From the IMG/VR virus record IMGVR_UViG_2698536573_000002: DNA of 44,146 nt. The stretch is one strand, 5' to 3'. Positions within the stretch are counted from its first letter, which is position 1. The number at the start of each line of letters is the position of its first letter. Source of the stretch: a virus (Duplodnaviria; Heunggongvirae; Uroviricota; Caudoviricetes). The position numbers and the translations under genes are program-made. This document shows, piece by piece, positions 36,878-44,146 of this stretch. The notes beneath the pieces are model-generated. The model was not told where the DNA came from, did no database searches, and saw nothing but the letters and a program-made list of their open reading frames with translations.

Positions 36878-38055
36878 AAACGCTTCCGACCGTTAACACC
36901 CTACAGCCTATCCTGCATAACCAGCTCCCCGTTATCACTACTGAACTACTGGCGCAATTGTATGGAACCGAGCGCCAACGTCTGACAAACAATTTCAATA
37001 GAAACAAGGAACGTTTTATAGAAGGTAAACACTTTTTTAGGATAGAAGGTAAAGAGTTACGAGAGTTGAAGAACAAAAACTCTTTAAGAGTTCCTGTGAG
37101 AGTAGTTAACGAACCATCTTTAAGAGGGTTACAAATTCCCCCGAAAGTTCGCTCCCTCATCCTCTGGACAGAACGCGGGGCTGCACGTCACGCCAAAATG
37201 CTTGAAACTAACCAAGCGTGGGATGTGTTCGAACGGCTGGAAGACAGCTACTTCAACCAGAACGCACAAACGGCCGCGACCGTAACCGTCTCACCAAACA
37301 ATGCTCGTGAGGTTGTCGATACGCTCAACGCCAAACCAATGTATTACGTTAAGGTGTGCAACAACGAGCCACTCACAACCTCAGCCGATGTAGCCCAGGC
37401 ATTCAGCACCACAAACAATTCCATCGTTATGGCCATCGATGCATTACGCATTCCTCGCACAGCTGCGGCACGTCATTTCTTTAAAGAGCAACGACCGCTG
37501 GAAGGAAGCGACCGCGAAATAACAATCTATCGCATGACAAAAGACGGATTTACCTTGCTCATGGAAAGTATCGACGGTCCAGGCGTGAAGGATATCAAGC
37601 TGGCCTACATTGAAGCCTTTAACGCTATCAGCAGCGTGTTAAAGGCAGAATACGAGCGAATGCTATACAACCGACTGTATCAGGAAACAAAGATTATCCG
37701 AACGGCAACAGAACATCATCGGCTATTAACGGAACCAAACTACCGCAAGACACTAATCAAAGAGTTTGACAAGGCGACGGAGAAAACTAAAGCGGCACTA
37801 AATCTACCAACAATGACTAAAGATGATGTGATATCAGCCTTACTTCTTGATCTGCTCAGAAACGTCAGAGCACTTATCAGTTTTGACGAAAACCTGAATC
37901 CTCAGCTCAAGCTACTACCACCGACAGGCAAAGTAGTCGACCAAGCAGATCACAACAGCATACTCAGCGTACTGGATGCAAACCTGCCAGCCAGGACACT
38001 ACAGGAGCTGATAAAAATATCTGCGGATAAACTGGCCGCAGGTGCAAAACCATAA
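36874..38055 (+). CDS. antirepressor (ORF6N/KilA-N-like N-terminal domain plus Rha-like domain)
   Basis: 393 aa; N-terminal LPVITTELLAQLYGTERQRLTNNFNRNKERF and central MYYVKV...TIYRMTKDGFTLLM blocks. Confidence 0.6.
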   Translation: MKTLPTVNTLQPILHNQLPVITTELLAQLYGTERQRLTNNFNRNKERFIEGKHFFRIEGKELRELKNKNSLRVPVRVVNEPSLRGLQIPPKVRSLILWTERGAARHAKMLETNQAWDVFERLEDSYFNQNAQTAATVTVSPNNAREVVDTLNAKPMYYVKVCNNEPLTTSADVAQAFSTTNNSIVMAIDALRIPRTAAARHFFKEQRPLEGSDREITIYRMTKDGFTLLMESIDGPGVKDIKLAYIEAFNAISSVLKAEYERMLYNRLYQETKIIRTATEHHRLLTEPNYRKTLIKEFDKATEKTKAALNLPTMTKDDVISALLLDLLRNVRALISFDENLNPQLKLLPPTGKVVDQADHNSILSVLDANLPARTLQELIKISADKLAAGAKP

Positions 38056-38057
38056 AA

Positions 38058-38090
38058 CAAAGCGCCCGATTTGGGCGCTTCTTCAATTCT
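38058..38090. terminator. bidirectional intrinsic terminator between convergent genes
   Basis: agcgccc-gattt-gggcgct flanked by T-rich tracts on both strands. Confidence 0.5.
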
Positions 38091-38725
38091 TAATATTTCG
38101 GTGTAATCAGTAGCGATACATGCCCTGATTTGTCACGAGAAACGTAATACTCGCCTCTCTTAGTCTTGAACTCAGCTTTCTGCATATCTGATTTAACAAT
38201 CTGCTCTAACTGCGCAATCACGGTGTCTCTTTCACTTGACGCATCCAAGACTTCAACTGCTACGGCCATAGAAAGCAAGGAATCAGAGTTAGGCTTGGAT
38301 ACTCGCCATAATAACTCAGAAATCTTCCCATCCTTATCAACTCTAGCCCGACCGTTAACAGATGAGTTGATGGCAAATTCAACGGTGTTATTACCTTGTT
38401 TAACAGACTTAATTCTTATAGTGGAGGTGGCTTTTCCTGATGTAGCGATGCCTTCAAGGTCATCATTATATAACTGCTTAAACTTATCTACGGTCACACC
38501 ATCAAAAGCAGCTCCGGTAGTAGCCGCAGTGTTGGAGTCTTCTGGGATCAAGGTCACAGCCGCAAGAGTATTAACAACTACAAAAGTAGCAATCCCGAGA
38601 AAGCCACTCACTAAAACAGCTTTGAACTTACCACCAGAAGACGAGGCACATTGTTTCCGATATGCGCCACGAACTACGAAGAAACACAAAATCAGGCTAA
38701 TAATAAACGCCACCAGCATCCCCAT
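38090..38725 (-). CDS. membrane protein with two N-terminal TM helices
   Basis: 211 aa; hydrophobic segments then soluble domain; RBS AAGGAG. Confidence 0.45.
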   Translation of the reverse strand: MGMLVAFIISLILCFFVVRGAYRKQCASSSGGKFKAVLVSGFLGIATFVVVNTLAAVTLIPEDSNTAATTGAAFDGVTVDKFKQLYNDDLEGIATSGKATSTIRIKSVKQGNNTVEFAINSSVNGRARVDKDGKISELLWRVSKPNSDSLLSMAVAVEVLDASSERDTVIAQLEQIVKSDMQKAEFKTKRGEYYVSRDKSGHVSLLITPKY

Positions 38726-39290
38726 AGAAATCTCCTTTTAGATATAAGGGTAAAGCAATATCGTATTAGATCTTCCTTAAGACACAACCCCCCCTCCCCC
38801 CATACAGGGTGCCCTTTACCGGAGTTCCGGCCCCTTCTCAAAAGCATCAAAAAAAGCTCGAGATCGAGTACCGGAACTCATGCCACCAGATAGCTCCACA
38901 TCGTTTCCAATGCTTCGCCGCCGTGTGCGCCCTGTGGCCCACAATCATGCCATTGGTCGTCTGATATACCTTCTTCTGCTCATTGAGCACAGGCGAGTTG
39001 TCGCACTCCTGCCTTTCTCAGACTCGACTTAGTTTAGATCGCTGTTCCTGGCTTGCGTCAGCACACTTTCCCCTTGTACGCATACCCGCGCGCCACTTCG
39101 CCCAAAAACACCGAACCCAACGAAGTAGCAAAGACAACGACGCGAGCGTGAGTCTGAAACGTGCACCAGTAAAAAAGGGGTTGCAGGCGCAAAAAGATTT
39201 GATTATCTTTAGACGCAAGAAAGCCGCCCCAATCAAGAGGTGTCTTTTTAAATCCAGCCTACCAAGCAAGATTTAAATTTCAGACTGAAA

Positions 39291-39320
39291 ACCGCCCGGC
39301 AAGGCGGTTTTTGTCTTTCT
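39291..39320 (+). terminator. intrinsic terminator (plus strand)
   Basis: aaccgcc-cggcaa-ggcggtt followed by TTTTTGTCTTTC. Confidence 0.5.
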
Positions 39321-39360
39321 GGCGCTTACATTACACCACCATAAAACGATCCGTAAAGGA

Positions 39361-39633
39361 TCATTTGATCTCTTGTTCCAATTCTGACGACACTTTAACC
39401 TTTTCCCATACAAGGGTTTGCAGCCTTAACAGAATCGCATCTTTATCAAGGTGTGAAAGATCCTTAACCATATCGTCAAATGACAGAACGCGAATGGCCA
39501 TCTCAATGACCCTCGGCGGCTCCCCCTTCTCATATCGCTTATATGTAGCCAACGATATCCCAAATTCTTCGGCGGCTCGCTCCTGCGTCCAGTTCATCCC
39601 ACGACGCCATAATTTCAATTCATAACCCGTCAT
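39361..39633 (-). CDS. XRE-family HTH protein
   Basis: Start at MTGYEL (GGAGG 5 nt upstream); LKLWRRGMNWTQERAAEEFGISLATYKRYEKGE. Confidence 0.55.
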   Translation of the reverse strand: MTGYELKLWRRGMNWTQERAAEEFGISLATYKRYEKGEPPRVIEMAIRVLSFDDMVKDLSHLDKDAILLRLQTLVWEKVKVSSELEQEIK

Positions 39634-39696
39634 AGCATCCTCCTCGCACAATATTAACACTCGCAAAGTGTCAAAATGACACTTTGCGTATTGTGT

Positions 39697-40077
39697 TTAC
39701 TTAACGAGGAATAAAAATGGTTTATTGTTCGGCGGTGTAATCGGAGCTGGCTCGCTTTTGCTCATGCGATCAGTGTACCAGGCCAGCTCCTTGTCAAAGT
39801 AAGCCTGATTAAAATAGGCAATGAATGTAGTTTCAAATCCATAACGACCGCTAATACGCAGCATCTGATTGCCGTTCTCTGTTTCCAGATATACCTGGGC
39901 ACGTTCCTGATTCTCCTTCAGCCAGGTTAAAGCCTCATCGCACGAGGACACACGATACTCATCATCGTAGCCGTCATCGATGCGGCTTGAAGAAGAACGG
40001 CAAATCACGCCAACAGAACCAGCCAGGATAGTTTGAATTTTAAGGAAAGCGTTTTTGCGGATTTTAATCATGCTCAT
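39697..40077 (-). CDS. hypothetical protein, first gene after repeat copy 3
   Basis: 126 aa; ATG at 40077 closes the conserved repeat. Confidence 0.4.
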   Translation of the reverse strand: MSMIKIRKNAFLKIQTILAGSVGVICRSSSSRIDDGYDDEYRVSSCDEALTWLKENQERAQVYLETENGNQMLRISGRYGFETTFIAYFNQAYFDKELAWYTDRMSKSEPAPITPPNNKPFLFLVK

Positions 40078-40187
40078 CGGGTTATCTCCGGTTTAACCAG
40101 GGCGGGTATCGCTCGGTTTCGGGTATAACACTAGGAAATATTTTCCCACCTGTAAAGCACTTTTTATATAAATCTATAATTATATAA
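40078..40187 (-). repeat. ~109-bp promoter-bearing repeat, copy 3
   Basis: About 95 percent identical to copies 1 and 2; same -35/-10 spacing. Confidence 0.85.
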
Positions 40188-40240
40188 TTCCATGAGCACA
40201 AAAAAGCCCCTTTGCAACAGGGGCTTATCATTCGTTCTGA

Positions 40241-40540
40241 TCAGATGTTAAACGCTATTCGTTTTCCTGTGGGAAGCTCAACATCCAGGCTTAATTTGCC
40301 TCCCATAGCTTCAACGTAACGCTTTAATGTCGCCAGCTTTAAATCATTTCCGCGCTGCTCCAGCTTTGTTACTGCTGGCTGGCTTATACCCATCGCCTCA
40401 GCAACCTGCTTTTGTGATAACTGGAGTTCTTCACGCATCATCTGCAAGCCGACCTCAAGAATCATCTCATCTGCCATTTCTTTAATTCGCGCCTGGCTTT
40501 CCGGTGAACGGCTGGCAATCACCTCATCTAATGTTCTCAT
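40241..40540 (-). CDS. HTH antitoxin (HigA-like)
   Basis: 99 aa; LQLSQKQVAEAMGISQPAVTKLEQ and C-terminal LATLKRYVEAMGGKLSLDV. Confidence 0.55.
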   Translation of the reverse strand: MRTLDEVIASRSPESQARIKEMADEMILEVGLQMMREELQLSQKQVAEAMGISQPAVTKLEQRGNDLKLATLKRYVEAMGGKLSLDVELPTGKRIAFNI

Positions 40541-40893
40541 TACTTGCTCTCCAGTGTGTTCAGATGTGCTGCAAACTCATCCTCAGCTATACGCACCAGT
40601 TTTTTATAAAACCGCTTATCGTTACTTTTGTCTCCTGCACAAAGAACGATAGCCCGGCGAATCGGATCGAACGCATAAAAGGCTCTTATCGGACGGCCAG
40701 AAAACTGAACGCGAAGCTCTTTCATATTTTTGTACCGAGAACCTTTTACGGTATCGGCATATGGCCTGGGTAACTCAGGTCCGTAAACCTGTAGCTTTTT
40801 CAAATCAGCCAAAACCTTTTCCTGAAGAGCGTCTTCTTGCTCATTTAGCCAGTCGTCAAATCGCTGGCTAAAAAGTACCGTCCACATGCTCAA
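40540..40893 (-). CDS. RelE/HigB-family toxin (Gp49-like)
   Basis: 117 aa; toxin-first order with overlapping stop/start; TVKGSRYKNMKELRVQFSGRPIRAFYAFDPIRRAIVL. Confidence 0.55.
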   Translation of the reverse strand: MSMWTVLFSQRFDDWLNEQEDALQEKVLADLKKLQVYGPELPRPYADTVKGSRYKNMKELRVQFSGRPIRAFYAFDPIRRAIVLCAGDKSNDKRFYKKLVRIAEDEFAAHLNTLESK

Positions 40894-41131
40894 TCCTATA
40901 ACCTGTAGTTTATATCACTAACTATATAACCTGTGGGTTATAATTTCAAGAAAAACGGGGCCATTTAACATAATGGACGTTATCGGCACCACCGGATCAC
41001 CGTTCATTGTCGGATCTAAAAAATCCGCTCAAAAGATCATGTTTTCCTGGGCGTTTTCCACTGTTTTTTATGTTGCTTATTTGTTAATGAAATCTCGTTT
41101 TCAGTTTCGCCTCATTTTCGACACGAAAGCC

Positions 41132-41422
41132 CTATTTTTGTGACTTTACTCCTGGCATATGGACTTCCCAGCGACGAATCCCCATAGCTGCGCAAAAATC
41201 AGCCACATAATTCAATCCCGCCCATTCGCGGATACCACCACGGGCTTTTTCAATGAAAACGGCAATCCCTTTTTTATTGAGAGCAAAAAGCCGCCAGCTT
41301 TTTGTCACTTCGTCCTGGGTAGCCACAACACAAGTGAAAGCTCCCATGCGATACAGGTCCAAGAACTCTTTGCGTGTTTTGCGTACAAGTTCCATAACAA
41401 ACCTCATATTTGCATGTTTCAA
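41132..41422 (-). CDS. hypothetical protein (second gene of two-gene module beside ori)
   Basis: 96 aa; start overlaps upstream gene stop. Confidence 0.35.
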   Translation of the reverse strand: MKHANMRFVMELVRKTRKEFLDLYRMGAFTCVVATQDEVTKSWRLFALNKKGIAVFIEKARGGIREWAGLNYVADFCAAMGIRRWEVHMPGVKSQK

Positions 41423-41706
41423 ACATCTGTTTTGTTATCAATGAAGATTAACCCTAACCCAGCGAAGTAACACAGCAGCGCCCAGGCTGCATACGGAATG
41501 CTGGATCTGGATGTGGACTCCTTTAACATCTGCCAGTTGCGAACATTGCGACTATCTTTTAAGCCTAGTTTTTTGGCCAACTGCGAGCCGCTCATTCCGG
41601 TCAGGCCAATGACTGCCCGAACTTCTCCACATGTAGGAGATTCCCATTCATCCGCTTTTTTTAAACAAGCCGGATTCAACATTTTTAAAACAGTATCTTT
41701 ATCCAT
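41419..41706 (-). CDS. small HTH-like protein with C-terminal TM helix
   Basis: Start at third ATG (GGAG 6 nt upstream); LTGMSGSQLAKKLGL then IPYAAWALLCYFAGLGLIFI. Confidence 0.35.
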   Translation of the reverse strand: MDKDTVLKMLNPACLKKADEWESPTCGEVRAVIGLTGMSGSQLAKKLGLKDSRNVRNWQMLKESTSRSSIPYAAWALLCYFAGLGLIFIDNKTDV

Positions 41707-41759
41707 AACCATCTCCATTTATTATATCTACGATGGTAGGAAATCTTTTCCTATGTGGC

Positions 41760-42349
41760 AATAGAAATTTACTACATTGCGTATAAGACAAGTTTTCTAT
41801 GTCTAATAGAAAAGGATGTTTCTTACGTTTTGTCGCGTTCTGATTGCTACTGTGTGCGTATTTATCGACGTTTATTGATAAGGTCCGTCCCTTCCTCCTG
41901 CAAAGCCCGGCCGTAGGCCTTATTTCGGCCTTATATAAATTGATTTTGTATAGTTCGAAACGCGCCGTTTCGAAAAGGATGATCAGGCTGCTCCATGCCT
42001 CCGGCAAGTGCCGGAGGAGGTATATTTGAGCGTAGCGACTCGAACCGGCGCGAGCTTTAGCTCGCTGCAAGGGCGAACATATTCACAGGCAAAGCCTGCG
42101 TAAGTTAAATAAAGAAAGTCTTAATAAAAGAAAGTGATTTTGCATTTATTTGTTTAGTGCATCTATTATAAAAAACCATTTGCATATACATATCAAAACT
42201 GTGGATAACTTTATTATCCGATGCCTGTAAAGGCGATATTTTTGCTGTGTTCAGGTTTAGAGAAAATTAATTTAGACTATTTTTTGAACAGATATTTTAT
42301 TGCGACGTAGATAATCCTCCGGTAAAACCGGATTCATCATTCAGGTGGG
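41760..42349. other. putative plasmid replication origin region downstream of repA
   Basis: AT-rich; DnaA box TTATCCACA (revcomp of 42200-42208); palindromes ttcgaaacg-cgc-cgtttcgaa and cctccggca-ag-tgccggagg near 41950-42015. Confidence 0.45.
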
Positions 42350-43198
42350 TTAATGTTGGAGTGATTTCCAGGTCTTTCTTAGCCTGTTATAACGCTGCTC
42401 AACGAGGGATCGTAAATATGCAAGGTCAGCACCTGGATACATGCCATCAGCAAATTCCTGGCTAACCTCTCTAGTGATTTGATGACGAAGTTCGGCCTCT
42501 CCCTTTTCCCGGACAAGACGCGCAGCTCTCTCCGCTGCTTTCTGTTTTGCCTTTATCTCTCTGGCCGTCTTCCTCTGGCGCCATACATTCTCCATCTGCT
42601 CCTGAATAACAATACGCTTATAATCAGCCTCCGTTATCGCTTTTTTAAGCCGTTCGCTATTCTTCGCATTGAAGTAATTAAGTTTCTGGCTAACCGCACG
42701 TCTCCATGCTTGTTCAGTAATACCAACGGTTTCCAGCAGTTGATCACGAATCTCTATTTTCGCTGGCCAATACTGTTTATTCACCCGATCCCAGCGACGT
42801 TCATAATCAATAAAACCTAACGCTTTCAGTTGCGACAACGCCCTTGTACAGCGCGTTATAGACTTGTTCCCAGCTTCGGATACGGTAGACAGGCCGCAAA
42901 AATCAGCCAACGCCTCAGCACTAGCCAGAACCCGCTTAGAAATGATGTTTACATGGTGCAAAATCGCAGCGATCACAGCATTAATCGCCCGACGACGATG
43001 CTCGTTTATCCGGCGCTTCCGCTCTGACGGTTGATTAACGTAGAACGCAACCTCACACGTAAGATCACGCCCATTAATGCGCTGTAAAGCATCAGATAAC
43101 ACCAGCGGCAGCTTGTGCGTATGGTGCTTTGGAGGCTGGAACTCCGGCGACAAATTACAAACGTAAGCTGAACGTAGAGACGGCATTGGTCTATCCAT
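42350..43198 (-). CDS. repA: replication initiation protein, IncFII RepA1 family
   Basis: Contains KSITRCTRALSQLKALGFIDY block resembling R100/R1 RepA1 as I recall it; ORF open to 43327, internal ATG at 43198 gives ~283 aa; upstream part is leader targeted by antisense RNA. Confidence 0.7.
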   Translation of the reverse strand: MDRPMPSLRSAYVCNLSPEFQPPKHHTHKLPLVLSDALQRINGRDLTCEVAFYVNQPSERKRRINEHRRRAINAVIAAILHHVNIISKRVLASAEALADFCGLSTVSEAGNKSITRCTRALSQLKALGFIDYERRWDRVNKQYWPAKIEIRDQLLETVGITEQAWRRAVSQKLNYFNAKNSERLKKAITEADYKRIVIQEQMENVWRQRKTAREIKAKQKAAERAARLVREKGEAELRHQITREVSQEFADGMYPGADLAYLRSLVEQRYNRLRKTWKSLQH

Positions 43199-43242
43199 AT
43201 GTTCGCTCTTGCGTCCACGGAAAACCAACGTATAATGGGAGT

Positions 43243-43320
43243 TGTCGAGGCGCCCATGGTTAGTTGTTGGTTTTCCGTGGATGTCGCAAGAAGCCCGCAG
43301 ATTTATCTGCGGGCTTTTTG
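43243..43320 (+). ncRNA. antisense RNA to repA leader (CopA/RNAI-like)
   Basis: Plus-strand promoter TTGCGT-16bp-TATAAT (43209-43236); terminator gcccgcag-atttat-ctgcgggc + T-run at 43293-43323; fully within repA leader. Confidence 0.55.
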
Positions 43321-43362
43321 TTTCCATATCTGGTCACTTTCCAACCAGACACCCACAATCAT

Positions 43363-43379
43363 AACCACGTTACGTGGTT
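43363..43379. promoter_or_regulatory. ACCAC-N5-GTGGT palindrome in repA promoter region
   Basis: aaccacgttacgtggtt, perfect, ~36 bp upstream of repA leader ORF start. Confidence 0.5.
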
Positions 43380-43508
43380 TTGAGAGAACTCTACCACAAC
43401 ACTTTCGGTCATGCACGAAGTCTCTCACTGATCGAACGATAATCCACCAGTAAAAGGATCTAAATTGGATCTCGTTTTGCGAGCATCATACTACTGGCCT
43501 AACTCCAG

Positions 43509-44063
43509 TCAATGATTCCCAGCCGGAAACCTGCGGTAAAGCGTGGATAAAGTAACATCGAAGATAATCGCTATCCGCTTACGTGAAACACCATTCGCAA
43601 TAAGCCTTCCGATCTGTTCCCATTGCTCTGGTGACAGCTTTGAGCGGCGTCCTCCGATCCTGCCGTTAGCCCTTGCCACCGCCAATCCTGCACGCGTTCT
43701 TTCAATCATATTTTCCCGCTCCATCTCTGCGACTGCACTCAGCATCGTGTAGGCAAAGCGGCCAATTGAAGTGCTAATTTTTATCCCTTCCGTAATCGAA
43801 ATAAACTCAATGTTGTTTGATAAAAAATGGTTAAGTAAATCAACAAGATGAATCAGGGAACGCCCCATTCGGTCCAGCTTCCAGACAATAACCGTATCGC
43901 CCGGCCGTAACACCTTAAGTAGCTTATCAAGTCCTGGTCGTTTTGATTTAGCACCGGATATTTTATCTTCAAAAATCCGGTCACATCCTAAACTCCTGAG
44001 CGCCTCCAGTTGTAATTCCAAATTCTGGTCAAAAGTTGACACCCTCGCATAACCATATTGCAT
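43509..44063 (-). CDS. serine recombinase, DNA invertase (Gin/Cin/Pin/Hin family)
   Basis: 184 aa; GYARVSTFDQ catalytic Ser, VWKLDRMGRS, AEMERE, GRIGGR, C-terminal HTH LSTLYRR. Confidence 0.8.
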   Translation of the reverse strand: MQYGYARVSTFDQNLELQLEALRSLGCDRIFEDKISGAKSKRPGLDKLLKVLRPGDTVIVWKLDRMGRSLIHLVDLLNHFLSNNIEFISITEGIKISTSIGRFAYTMLSAVAEMERENMIERTRAGLAVARANGRIGGRRSKLSPEQWEQIGRLIANGVSRKRIAIIFDVTLSTLYRRFPAGNH

Positions 44064-44131
44064 ACTTTCTAAACCGCGATTGTTGCTAAAAGCGGGAAAA
44101 AATATCGTTCAGACGACACAGAGGCAATTCG

Positions 44132-44146
44132 CAAAAACCTCGGTTT
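44132..44146. other. gix/cix-like invertase crossover half-site at window edge
   Basis: caaaaacctcggttt; reverse complement AAACCGAGGTTTTT matches gix core as I recall it. Confidence 0.5.

Noticed and set aside
38983-39276. Plus-strand 97-aa ORF in the ORF-poor region
   Set aside because: TTG start and Ser/Arg/Lys-rich translation; region treated as possible ncRNA or gene remnant instead.
38740-39320. Retron-like msr/msd element suggested by the inverted repeat and structured untranslated region
   Set aside because: No reverse transcriptase ORF (no YADD-containing protein) anywhere in the window.
41699-42070. Minus-strand 123-aa ORF overlapping the origin region
   Set aside because: Overlaps palindromes of the putative ori; basic low-complexity translation; no RBS.
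43509-44063. Serine recombinase as the prophage integrase
   Set aside because: 184 aa with a C-terminal HTH is the small invertase/resolvase type, and a gix-like site is adjacent.
1-44146. CRISPR array
   Set aside because: No direct repeats with regular 20-40 bp spacing; the only multi-copy repeats are the three dispersed 109-bp cassettes and short AT-rich motifs.

Overview
The window reads as one nearly complete temperate phage-plasmid, cut inside its tail-fibre gene at one edge and at an invertase crossover site at the other. Minus strand, 1-24.4 kb: P2/Mu-type contractile tail (fibre, baseplate I/J/W/V, D, X, tape measure, frameshifted chaperone, tube, sheath), lambda-type head and packaging genes (E, protease, portal B, W, terminase A, small subunit), then a cluster of three ParB-like nuclease-domain proteins (one fused to a methyltransferase) and an MT-A70 methyltransferase. 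24.7-32.5 kb: tRNA (anticodon CAT, ileX-like), lysis cassette behind an intrinsic terminator, a block of unknown genes, and an early operon ending in a Q-like gene. 32.5-35.1 kb: CI-like repressor with ACCAC-N5-GTGGT operators and a ParA/ParG-like partition locus. 35.1-41.7 kb: accessory cargo (antirepressor operon, HigBA-like toxin-antitoxin pair, several uncharacterised small modules, candidate small RNAs). 41.8-44.1 kb: IncFII-like repA with antisense RNA and DnaA box, then a Gin/Cin-family invertase. No integrase and no recognisable phage replication genes were seen. A ~109-bp promoter-bearing repeat occurs three times. All family assignments are from reading the translations; no database search was run.
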